DNA of 32,794 nucleotides, from assembly GCA_051251915.1 (NCBI GenBank), contig JBPOGF010000031.1, positions 1 through 32,794 of the forward strand, in the 5' to 3' direction. Below, in pieces: positions 1 to 7,800 of the stretch (positions within the stretch are counted from its first letter, which is position 1; each line of letters opens with the position of its first letter). The notes beneath the pieces are model-generated. The model saw nothing but the letters and a program-made list of their open reading frames with translations, searched no databases and was not told the DNA's origin. The DNA comes from Akkermansiaceae bacterium (GTDB taxonomy: Bacteria > Verrucomicrobiota > Verrucomicrobiia > Verrucomicrobiales > Akkermansiaceae). The position numbers were made by a program, and so were the translations under genes.

Positions 1-77
1 ATGTTGAATGTTGAATGTTGAATGTTGAATGTTGAATGTTGAATGTTGAATGTTGAATGTTGAATGTTGAATGTTGA
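1..77. repeat. Perfect heptamer tandem repeat (ATGTTGA)x11; may extend beyond the window start
   Basis: Eleven exact copies read directly from base 1 to base 77. Confidence 0.97.
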
Positions 78-226
78 GACAATATCAACAAGCCGTATTT
101 AAACTCATCTTTAAATGGCTGAATCGACGTAGTCAACGCAAGAGCTACACGTGGGGGAGCTTCTTGAGCCATTGGTTTGGAGATTGGTGATTACCCCAGC
201 CTGCGAAAATGCAATGGCAAGCATGA
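74..226 (+). pseudogene. C-terminal maturase (domain X) fragment of a group II intron reverse transcriptase
   Basis: Manual translation from 74 gives LRQYQQAVFKLIFKWLNRRSQRKSYTWGSFLSHWFGDW*LPQPAKMQWQA*. KWLNRRSQRxSxTW is typical of domain X in bacterial class D/E intron proteins. In-frame TGA at 188-190; lies directly upstream of intron DV/DVI. Confidence 0.85.
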
Positions 227-426
227 CGGGCTACAAACTGAAATGAGACTTGCCACCCAATAAGTTACCAGAGTATATTATAAAAGAAGTCCAAATACAT
301 GAAACATAAGAACAAATCAGAAGCTGAGCCACTGGACTGCGAGTTCACCAGAGGAGCCTTATGCGGGAAAACCGCACGTAGGGATCTGCGAGGGGGACGT
401 CAGGCAACTGACGTTCCTACCTTAAT
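78..426 (+). mobile_element. Group II intron 3' remnant, copy 1 (end of IEP, domain V 354-386, domain VI, 3' end ...CCTTAAT)
   Basis: GAGCCTTATGCGGGAAAACCGCACGTAGGGATC is a domain V with AGC triad. TGCGAGGGGGACGTCAGGCAACTGACGTTCCTACCTTAAT is a domain VI hairpin with bulged A and a RAY (IIB-like) end. Confidence 0.9.
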
Positions 427-450
427 CGCTTAAAAATTACACCTCAAGAA

Positions 451-816
451 ATGAAACCTCTCTTTTCTCTATTACTACTCTGCTTAAGCTTACAAACTGT
501 GGGAGCATGGATTCCCAAGCCGATTTCTCCGCCTAAGTTAAAGATTGACCAAGCTATGAAGATTGCGATGTCTCACAGTAAAAGTAATTATAAATATGAG
601 GAGAGGAAACTTAATACTTTTTTTGTTAGATCTATAGGATTTATGCAGGCAGATGTTAGCTCTCTCAACAGAGTTAAAAATAAAGAGACTAAAGAAGAAG
701 CCCCAAAAGTATGGGGTTGGAAGATTGAGATTATAAGACTTAATGACCTTTCAGAAAGAGATGATTTATTCATTAACGATAAGGGTGAAATCTTGCATTA
801 CATGTCTTGGCATTGA
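451..816 (+). CDS. Hypothetical exported protein (gene cassette 1)
   Basis: 121 aa ORF, hydrophobic N-terminal signal peptide, AT-rich, followed closely by an attC site. Confidence 0.8.
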   Translation: MKPLFSLLLLCLSLQTVGAWIPKPISPPKLKIDQAMKIAMSHSKSNYKYEERKLNTFFVRSIGFMQADVSSLNRVKNKETKEEAPKVWGWKIEIIRLNDLSERDDLFINDKGEILHYMSWH

Positions 817-837
817 TACATTATCTAAACACAAAAT

Positions 838-965
838 AGCGAACAAATCGCTGCATCCGACACCATCTGCGCCTTAATCGCCAGCTTTTTACACAATGAT
901 AACCCTTAATCAAAAGTCCAGGTTCGCCCAATCGATAGTGCGGATGAGCTAGGACGTTGTTAGCC
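838..965 (+). other. Integron attC recombination site
   Basis: R'' AGCGAAC (838-844), 5-nt spacer, L'' arm GCTGCATCCGAC pairing with GTGCGGATGAGC (L' GATGAGC 943-949) with extrahelical bases, then GTT (956-958) and GTTAGCC (959-965). Lies between two co-oriented ORFs. Confidence 0.85.
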
Positions 966-980
966 TAAAAATAAAACATC

Positions 981-1658
981 GTGACTATTAAAACTTTTAT
1001 TCCAATTCTATCTCTATTCTTATCTACAATGATACATGCCGAAGATGATGCCCCAAAAGAACTATCAAAGGAATTCACAAAACCAATTACATTCAAATTC
1101 GTAAATGAAGACGGTAAACCTATTAATGGCGACTTTACACTTCATCAATACAAGAAACGTAACCTTTTAGAACAGAGCAGCTATTTTAAGAATTGGCATA
1201 GATATCTTCCATTAGATAAGAACGGTGCGATTACCATCAAGACTTTCCCTCCTGTTTTTGAATTTGGTGGCACCAGCAAGGATAAGTTTTACACGTATTG
1301 GATACGTAGTGCAGAGTTAGATACAAAAAAGACTGAATATCTATTCACCTGCACTCCAACTGGAGCGATGAAGTTCGAGATTACCGAATTCCCTAAAGAG
1401 CATTACGATTCATTAGTCGTTGAGTATCACAAGAAAGTTATCGGTGGGTTTCATAGGGTCGTGAGAGGCATAGGAATACATCCTAACGACCCTGAACATA
1501 CTATTGGTGACTTGAAGCCTGGCGAATATTTTATTGCTATTAAGTTTGATTACGAAGATAAAAAACCTATTTTCAAATCAGCGCCTTTCACTATTAAGCT
1601 AAAGAAGTATACAGTCTTGCCTAAGATCAGGATTACAAAAGAGGCAATAAATCAATAA
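981..1658 (+). CDS. Hypothetical exported protein (gene cassette 2)
   Basis: 225 aa ORF with GTG start 15 nt after the GTTAGCC core; signal peptide ending ...MIHA/ED; AT-rich. Confidence 0.8.
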   Translation: MTIKTFIPILSLFLSTMIHAEDDAPKELSKEFTKPITFKFVNEDGKPINGDFTLHQYKKRNLLEQSSYFKNWHRYLPLDKNGAITIKTFPPVFEFGGTSKDKFYTYWIRSAELDTKKTEYLFTCTPTGAMKFEITEFPKEHYDSLVVEYHKKVIGGFHRVVRGIGIHPNDPEHTIGDLKPGEYFIAIKFDYEDKKPIFKSAPFTIKLKKYTVLPKIRITKEAINQ

Positions 1659-1972
1659 AATAACCCCAAAGATGGCTTCTCATCGGAGCGATAGCGGAGC
1701 ATGAGAGTTATCGGTTGTTGAACTGGATTAGGGTCGAGTGGCTCTTGATGATCTTTACTTATGCTGTTTTGATTACGTGTTTTTCCTTAGTGAGTTGCTA
1801 TGACGATGAAGGCTGTTAGGGGGCGTTTGATGTTATACGAAGGTGCCGATTGCCGAACTGCAAGGCTGTTCGGTAATGAGATAGAGGCTTAATAGGATGG
1901 GGGATGTCTAATGATGGTAATGTGTCTTTCATCGTGGCGGATGGGGCAAAATAAGTAGCCTCCTACTTAGTT

Positions 1973-2190
1973 ATGTAATGGCAAGCATGACGGGATGTAA
2001 ACTGAAATGAGTCTTGCCAGCCAGTAAGTCACCAGAGTATCTTATAAAAGAAGTCCAAACACATGAAGCATCAGAACACATCAGAAGCTGAGCAACTGGA
2101 CTGCGCGTTCACCAGAGGAGCCTTATGCGGGAGAAGCGCACGTAGGGATCTGCGAGGGGGACGTCAGGCAACTGACGTTCCTAGCTTAAT
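1973..2190 (+). mobile_element. Group II intron 3' remnant, copy 2 (DV 2118-2150, DVI to 2190)
   Basis: Ungapped copy of 209-426 with about 18 mismatches in 218 nt by manual count; DV and DVI are retained. Confidence 0.9.
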
Positions 2191-2297
2191 ATTGGTATTA
2201 TCAGCTCTCCTTTTCATCAGCATAATAATAAATTTATTAACTTGTTTAATGATATTTGTTAGATACCTCAAAAATAAATACTCCAATATACACCAAC

Positions 2298-2927
2298 ATG
2301 GGAATACTATCATCATTATTCGGTAAACAAAAACAGATGGATGCAACATCAGTAACTGGTAACGAAAGCATTCATGTTACAGCTCAAATCAATCATAAAT
2401 TGATGCCTATTGATAGAGGTGACTATTATGAAGACCCTATCGACGAAGTCCTACGTGGTAAAGGGTTCGGAGAGGCTTGCGGTGGCGGAACGATGCAAGC
2501 AGAATATGGAGGGATAGATTTCATTGACGTAGAGATGGATCTTACGGATATCGAGAATGGTGTCCCATTCGTGATATCTAAGCTAGAGGAGTTTGGAGCT
2601 CCCAAGGGGTCAATATTGAGAGTGCATGATTCAGAGCCAGCTAGAGAGATTCCCTTCGGTAAGATCGAAGGAGTTGGTGTCTACTTGGACGGAACCAGTC
2701 TTTCTGACGAAGTCTATAAGAATTCTGACATTAATGTTGTTGTCGAAGAATTGAATAAAGCTATTGCCGGTAATGGAGAGTTACAAAGTCATTGGGAGGG
2801 TAACACCGAAACAGCACTGTATTTTTACGGTGACAACGCGGAACAGATGATCAAATCTATGCGTGACTTTCTCGATACATATCCACTCTGTGAAGGATCT
2901 AGATCTGTAATTATAGCTCCAAAATAA
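2298..2927 (+). CDS. Conserved-looking acidic hypothetical protein (gene cassette 3)
   Basis: ATG at 2298 (MGILSSLFGK) within ORF 2256-2927; preceded by core site GTTAGAT (2258-2264) and followed by GGCTAAC. Confidence 0.8.
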   Translation: MGILSSLFGKQKQMDATSVTGNESIHVTAQINHKLMPIDRGDYYEDPIDEVLRGKGFGEACGGGTMQAEYGGIDFIDVEMDLTDIENGVPFVISKLEEFGAPKGSILRVHDSEPAREIPFGKIEGVGVYLDGTSLSDEVYKNSDINVVVEELNKAIAGNGELQSHWEGNTETALYFYGDNAEQMIKSMRDFLDTYPLCEGSRSVIIAPK

Positions 2928-2933
2928 CAAAAG

Positions 2934-2945
2934 GGCTAACAAGGA
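2934..2945 (+). other. Truncated attC (R'' inverse core plus spacer only)
   Basis: GGCTAAC-AAGGA starts 6 nt after the cassette 3 stop and joins directly to IS110 transposase sequence. Confidence 0.55.
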
Positions 2946-3032
2946 GGCCTCAGTGCGGGATGTTGATTTTGTGTAGGCAATTGCAATTGTATCCTTGTGG
3001 ACGTCTAGTCCGATGTCGTATATTGTTTTCAT
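2946..3032 (-). pseudogene. IS110-family (DEDD) transposase N-terminal stub
   Basis: MKTIYDIGLDVHKDTIAIAYTKSTSRTEA contains the GLDVHK first-catalytic-Asp motif of IS110 transposases; similarity ends after about 29 aa. Confidence 0.8.
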
Positions 3033-3151
3033 GATGAGTTTATCTTTAGGTTCTATTATTACAGATAATATTATGGATAGGTCTTTCCGACCTTGTTTCA
3101 GAAAGATAGCCCACGAAAATTCTAAGCTCATCATACTTTTTAACCATGGCA

Positions 3152-3180
3152 TTGCTCAGGATGAGCTTCAGCCATAGAAT
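3152..3180 (+). promoter_or_regulatory. Sigma70-type promoter for the GNAT-ThuA pair
   Basis: TTGCTC-17 nt-TAGAAT, ending 14 nt upstream of ATG 3195; a near-identical copy is at 4757-4785. Confidence 0.65.
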
Positions 3181-3194
3181 CTCGGCTATAAAAT

Positions 3195-3641
3195 ATGAAT
3201 ATAGAGATAACTTCTGAAGCCAAAAGAGAAGACGAAGCAGCGATAATCGATGGGACACGAGCTCATAATCGACATCACATGCCGCCGGACGTTGAAGCCC
3301 TTTGTGTCTTCGATCGTCTAGATAACGGTGATATCGTGGCTGGGCTTACAGGGAAGACATACTGGAATTACCTAGATATTGGCTACCTTTGGGTTGCTGA
3401 AGCTTATCGAGGACAAGGCCGCGCAACTGCGATCATCCAATTAGCAGAAGCTGAAGCTCTGAGGCGAGGGTGCAATAATGTTTTGCTGGATACGTATAGC
3501 TTTCAGGCGCTTGGGTTTTACGAGAATCTTGGATATCGGGAATTTGGGGGGATTGATGATTTTTCAGGGGGGCAGACTCGGCATTATCTTCGTAAGAAAC
3601 TTTCTGGAAGTGACTCAATGAAAGCGAGGGGAGCTCAATGA
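3195..3641 (+). CDS. GNAT family N-acetyltransferase
   Basis: LWVAEAYRGQGRA acetyl-CoA motif and LDTYSFQALGFYENLGY. Confidence 0.93.
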   Translation: MNIEITSEAKREDEAAIIDGTRAHNRHHMPPDVEALCVFDRLDNGDIVAGLTGKTYWNYLDIGYLWVAEAYRGQGRATAIIQLAEAEALRRGCNNVLLDTYSFQALGFYENLGYREFGGIDDFSGGQTRHYLRKKLSGSDSMKARGAQ

Positions 3642-4723
3642 TGAAAGCAATTTTGAGTTACCTTGTATTGTCGGTAATGTTGTTGAGTATTACGCATGCA
3701 AAGCATGTTTTATTTTTAACGGGTAAGGTAACACATGGATGGGGGCAACATGAGCGGCTTGCTACAAGTACATTGCTGGCGGGGCTTTTAAAGAATGTTG
3801 ATCCTCAAATTACGACGGAAGTTGTTTTAGTGGATGATGATGGGTGGCCTTCGCAGGCGCAGATCGATAAGGCGGATTGTATTTTTCTGAATACTTATGG
3901 TTTAAGCGGGCATATTGTTAGTTCTGGAGAGAGAATGGCGGCTCTGGAGAGACATATGGACCAGGGGAAAGGTTTGTGTGCGATTAGCTTTGGTCTTGCG
4001 GTAAAGTCATCTCAGGAGTTGGGCGAGCGTTGGAAGAGGCTGACAGGCGGAGTCTGGGGTGCAAATGGTGTGGCTCTTTTTTATACAGAGAAGTTATTTG
4101 TGCCTAAGGGGGAAGATCATCCGGTTGTGAATGGGGTGCCTGAGCATAAGATTAATGATGAGATCTTTTTTAACTTTGAGCGAGCAGGAGAGGTTCATGG
4201 CAAGTTGACTCCTGTGCTGGTGCATAATGGGCAGGGTATTAATTTTCCATCTAATGCAGGTATTCGAGGCAATAGGAATGCTTTTGGTAGAAAAAAGGCA
4301 GGTTACGAGTTCATGATGGCTTGGGCATTTGAGCGTGCTGGTGGTGGAAGGAGCTTTTGCCATGGAGGTGGGAGATATCACTTTAATCTTGCGAAAGATT
4401 CTTACCGTAAGAGTTTGATTAATGGCATAATGTGGACTTTGGGGAAAGATATACCGAAAAATGGATATCACTCGCTAACACCAAGCGCAGTGACTATGGT
4501 GGCTAACTTGGATAAGGTAAATAAGACGAGTTGGAACAATGCTTCTGGTCTTGCTGATTTACAGAGGGCTTTGAATTTTAATAATCAAAATGGTGAGGCT
4601 GCAGATTGGAGAAATGATGAGACTAAGTCAGGAATACGTCTTGAGAAAATGCCTAAGAATATCCCTGATTCATTTTCCAATGCGAGTCCTTCACCTGAGT
4701 TTAATTTAGGAGAGTCCTCATAA
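3638..4723 (+). CDS. Exported ThuA (trehalose utilisation)-like domain protein
   Basis: Signal peptide; VLFLTG..THGWGQHE, HPVVNGV, INDEIFF, MAWAFERAGGGRSF and RKSLINGIMW motifs. Confidence 0.8.
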   Translation: MMKAILSYLVLSVMLLSITHAKHVLFLTGKVTHGWGQHERLATSTLLAGLLKNVDPQITTEVVLVDDDGWPSQAQIDKADCIFLNTYGLSGHIVSSGERMAALERHMDQGKGLCAISFGLAVKSSQELGERWKRLTGGVWGANGVALFYTEKLFVPKGEDHPVVNGVPEHKINDEIFFNFERAGEVHGKLTPVLVHNGQGINFPSNAGIRGNRNAFGRKKAGYEFMMAWAFERAGGGRSFCHGGGRYHFNLAKDSYRKSLINGIMWTLGKDIPKNGYHSLTPSAVTMVANLDKVNKTSWNNASGLADLQRALNFNNQNGEAADWRNDETKSGIRLEKMPKNIPDSFSNASPSPEFNLGESS

Positions 4724-4756
4724 GCCCTATGCTCATTATTTTTTTCAATCAAGGTA

Positions 4757-4785
4757 TTGCACAAGATGAGCTTCAGTAATAGAAT
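4757..4785 (+). promoter_or_regulatory. Sigma70-type promoter for the nitroreductase gene
   Basis: TTGCAC-17 nt-TAGAAT with a spacer nearly identical to that of 3152-3180. Confidence 0.65.
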
Positions 4786-4842
4786 TTCTTGTTAAGATAT
4801 GGAATACAAATAGAGCTGAGAGCTCAAACAAATAATCTAATT

Positions 4843-5445
4843 ATGAATACGATACAAAATATAGAAACTAGACGGTCGATTAAGCATTATGATGCGACGC
4901 ATGTGATGCCTGATTCTGATTTGGAAGAGTTGCTGCGCATCACAAAGTTGTCTCCTTCTTCGTTCAATATGCAAAATTACAGAATATTGGCCGTGAGGGA
5001 TAAAGAGTTGAGGGCTAAGATCCGTGCTGCGGCTTGGGATCAGGCTCAGGTGACTGATGCTAGTGTGTTGTTTATTATGTGTGCGGATTTGAATGCACAT
5101 AATGAGGACCCTGCGAAATACTGGGGGCATGCGCCGCAGGAGGTTCAGGATATATTAGGGCCAATGGTTAAACCATTTTATGATGGTAAGGATCAGTTGA
5201 TACGCGATGAGGGGATACGTTCATCTGCGTTGGCTGGTATGACTTTGATGCTTGCGGCGAGGGATTTAGGTTATGATTCTTGTCCAATGATTGGGTTCGA
5301 TGCTGATGAGGTTTCAAAGTTAATTAAATTACCTGAAAACTACGTTCTTAGTTTTATGATTTCAGTTGGTAAACAGGAGCAGGGTGCTTGGGATAGAGGA
5401 GATAGGCTGCCTGATGATGTTGTGGTTTCTTATGATACTTTTTAG
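4843..5445 (+). CDS. Nitroreductase family protein
   Basis: IETRRSIKHY, SPSSFNMQNY and GYDSCPMIGFD motifs; ATG 4843 chosen within ORF 4789-5445. Confidence 0.93.
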   Translation: MNTIQNIETRRSIKHYDATHVMPDSDLEELLRITKLSPSSFNMQNYRILAVRDKELRAKIRAAAWDQAQVTDASVLFIMCADLNAHNEDPAKYWGHAPQEVQDILGPMVKPFYDGKDQLIRDEGIRSSALAGMTLMLAARDLGYDSCPMIGFDADEVSKLIKLPENYVLSFMISVGKQEQGAWDRGDRLPDDVVVSYDTF

Positions 5446-5529
5446 GACTTAAAGACAAACGGATTGATTCCTGCTCCCCGTAACCATGGGCGAGGGTGAT
5501 CCTGGGTGTGGATTTCTAGTCAGGGAGGG

Positions 5530-7083
5530 TTATTCTCCTGCGAATTTTCTGGGAATGTTTTGGACCCAGTCTTTCCATACTTTGGCGAAGCCGCCGATGG
5601 GTTCTTTGGGTGCTAGGACTTTGAGTTTGGAGCCGGTGCTGGAAAAACTTACCTCTGTGTGTCTGCCTAGGTACTCGCCATCGACTTCGATGGGGACGTC
5701 CCGGTCTGCGACTACTTTGAATTCTGCGGCTTGGACGTATTCTACGGAGGATGTGACGAGGTCTAGGACTCCGGCGATGCCTTTGAGGGTGTCTACTACG
5801 AATTTGTAGCCGGTTTCTTTGAAGACGAGGATGTCTAGGAGGCCGTCGTTGTTGTCGGCCTTGGGGAAGAGTCTGACTTGGCCGCCGTAGAGCTCGCCGT
5901 TTCCTGCGAGGACGGCGACGCCTTCGATTTCACGGCCATCGCTACAGATGAGTTTCATTTTTGGTGGGTTGTCACCGAGGAGTTTGACGGCGCTTTTTAG
6001 GTAGGCTAGTGGGCCGAGGAGTTTTTTTGATTCTATGGTGGTGTCTTCGATGACTTGGGCGTCGAATCCTACTCCAGCCATCTGGACGAAGGGTTGGCCA
6101 TTGGCGTGGAAGAGGTCTACTTCGGTGATGTGGCCTTGCTTGATGACTTGGAGTGCGCGGTTGAGGTTTGAGCGCTGGACGTTAGGGACGGGGATTCCCA
6201 TTTCTCTGGCGAAGACGTTCATGGTTCCTGTGGGGAGGACACCTAGTGCGGTGTTAGAGCCGATGAGTCCCATGATGACTGCGTTTAGGGTGCCGTCTCC
6301 TCCGGCGGCGAGGATGACGGGTTCTTCATCGGCTGCGAACTTGGCTGCGAGTTCGCGGGCATCGTCTATATCGCGGGTGGCGTAGAGGACGAAGTCGGTG
6401 GCATTTGCCATGAGGAAGCGTAGTGCGCGTCTGCCTTTGGTGCTGCGGGCGCTGGGGTTAAAGAGGACTGGGTAGCGGTGGTTCTCTGCTACGCGTTGTT
6501 TCTCTGGGAGGCATTTTACACCTAGTTCTATGAGTTTAGCGCGGACGGCTTCTTGGGGGAATCCGACGACGTTGGTGTAGCAGCCTGTGACTTGGTGGAT
6601 GATCATGTCGCCGTATTCCTGAATGGCGTAGCTGCCGGCTTTGTCCATGACGTCTACTTTTTCTAGGTAGGTCTCGATGAGTTCATCTGTGAGGATCTTA
6701 AAGCTTACCTCTGTGATCTCGTGGAAGGTGTGGACGTGTTCGTCATGAATGATGCAGACTCCGGTGCAGACTTGGTGGGTTCTGCCGGAGAGTTTTTTGA
6801 GTGTGGCGATGGCTTCTACTCTGTTGTGTGGTTTGCCAAGTGGTGTGGAGTCTATGTAGACGAGGGTGTCTGCGCCGATGACGATATTGTGTTCGTGCTC
6901 GGATCTGCCGGCGATGGCGGATGCCTTGGACTGAGCGTTTACGCAGCAGAGGTCAGGGAGGGGGGTCTGGTGGCAGTGGATTTCTTCACCAGGTGAGGGG
7001 ATGACTTGGAAGTCCTCAATGATGGCTGAGAGGAGTTCTTTGCGTCTGGGGGAGGTGGAGGCGAGAATGATTTGTGGGTTCAT
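5530..7083 (-). CDS. Fusion of Maf/YhdE nucleoside triphosphate pyrophosphatase and diacylglycerol kinase (YegS/DagK) family lipid kinase
   Basis: N-terminal ILASTSPRRKELL, IGADTLV, GKP, DKAGSYAIQ (Maf); C-terminal FNPSA, AAGGDGTL, LPTGTMNVFARE, GVGFDA, VDGE (DAGK); one continuous 517-aa frame. Confidence 0.9.
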   Translation of the reverse strand: MNPQIILASTSPRRKELLSAIIEDFQVIPSPGEEIHCHQTPLPDLCCVNAQSKASAIAGRSEHEHNIVIGADTLVYIDSTPLGKPHNRVEAIATLKKLSGRTHQVCTGVCIIHDEHVHTFHEITEVSFKILTDELIETYLEKVDVMDKAGSYAIQEYGDMIIHQVTGCYTNVVGFPQEAVRAKLIELGVKCLPEKQRVAENHRYPVLFNPSARSTKGRRALRFLMANATDFVLYATRDIDDARELAAKFAADEEPVILAAGGDGTLNAVIMGLIGSNTALGVLPTGTMNVFAREMGIPVPNVQRSNLNRALQVIKQGHITEVDLFHANGQPFVQMAGVGFDAQVIEDTTIESKKLLGPLAYLKSAVKLLGDNPPKMKLICSDGREIEGVAVLAGNGELYGGQVRLFPKADNNDGLLDILVFKETGYKFVVDTLKGIAGVLDLVTSSVEYVQAAEFKVVADRDVPIEVDGEYLGRHTEVSFSSTGSKLKVLAPKEPIGGFAKVWKDWVQNIPRKFAGE

Positions 7084-7089
7084 TTTTTG

Positions 7090-7674
7090 TTATACTGTGC
7101 GTTGGCGAACCGCTTCGTAGAGGCAGACTCCGGTGGCGACGCTGACGTTGAGGCAATCTACTGTTCCAGCCATGGGGAGGCTGATGAGGATGTCACAGTT
7201 TTCCTCGGTGAGTCTTCTGAGGCCTGGGCCTTCTGCGCCCATTACGATTCCGAGTGGTCCTTTGAGGTCTGCTTGGTAGAGTGACTGGGTGGCTTTATCG
7301 CTGGTTCCTAGGAGCCAGATGCCGTAGTCTTTCTGGAGTTTTTTCATGGTGCGGGAGAGGTTGGTGACGCGGACGAATGGGGTGGTCTCTGCGGCGCCCA
7401 CTGCGACGCGCTGGACGGTTTCTGTGAGGCCTACGGATTTATCTTTTGGGGCGATGACTGCATCTACTCCTGCGCCATTTGCGGTGCGTAGGACTGCTCC
7501 GAGGTTGTGCGGATCTGTGACGCAGTCGAGGACTAGGACGAAGGGATTTGTCTTGTCTTTGAGGATAGATTCTAGTGCGTCCTCGCCTTTGGCAAGCCCT
7601 CCGCCACCTTTCATTTCTCTGCCTTTGGTGTGCTTGTTTTCTCTGGCTTGATGTTCGTTTCCTTTCTTCCGCAT
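7090..7674 (-). CDS. rlmB: 23S rRNA G2251 2'-O-methyltransferase (TrmH/SpoU family), short N-terminus
   Basis: [32 protein letters not shown] and [18 protein letters not shown] motifs. Confidence 0.88.
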   Translation of the reverse strand: MRKKGNEHQARENKHTKGREMKGGGGLAKGEDALESILKDKTNPFVLVLDCVTDPHNLGAVLRTANGAGVDAVIAPKDKSVGLTETVQRVAVGAAETTPFVRVTNLSRTMKKLQKDYGIWLLGTSDKATQSLYQADLKGPLGIVMGAEGPGLRRLTEENCDILISLPMAGTVDCLNVSVATGVCLYEAVRQRTV

Positions 7675-7800
7675 GGCTGGGAAAATATAGTAGTCGTGGC
7701 GTGGATGAAAGCCTTTTGTCTAAGAATGATAATGGCTGGTGAAAGAAAGAATATTTGACTTCGTAAATGAGAGAGGAAATGCTAAATATTTGCCAATCTA

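Noticed and set aside
1..77. CRISPR array
   Set aside because: A 7-bp tandem with no spacers, and no cas genes in the window.
209..2190. Two ~92%-identical repeats near an RT fragment as a diversity-generating retroelement TR/VR pair
   Set aside because: Both copies contain intron DV/DVI, neither lies at the 3' end of a target gene, and several mismatches are not at adenines.
2063..2326. 87-aa ORF
   Set aside because: It reads through intron DV/DVI and an AT-rich spacer; spurious.
2781..3152. 123-aa minus-strand ORF as an intact gene
   Set aside because: Only about 29 aa match IS110; the rest is antisense to cassette 3 or non-coding.
3122..3180. Intact attC site (also 4727-4785)
   Set aside because: It has a GCTCAT/ATGAGC inverted pair but lacks correctly spaced AAC and GTT boxes; a -35/-10 promoter fits better.
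7090..7674. rlmB as a pseudogene because of its short N-terminus
   Set aside because: The frame is open with all SPOUT motifs and a plausible ATG; no upstream remnant is evident.
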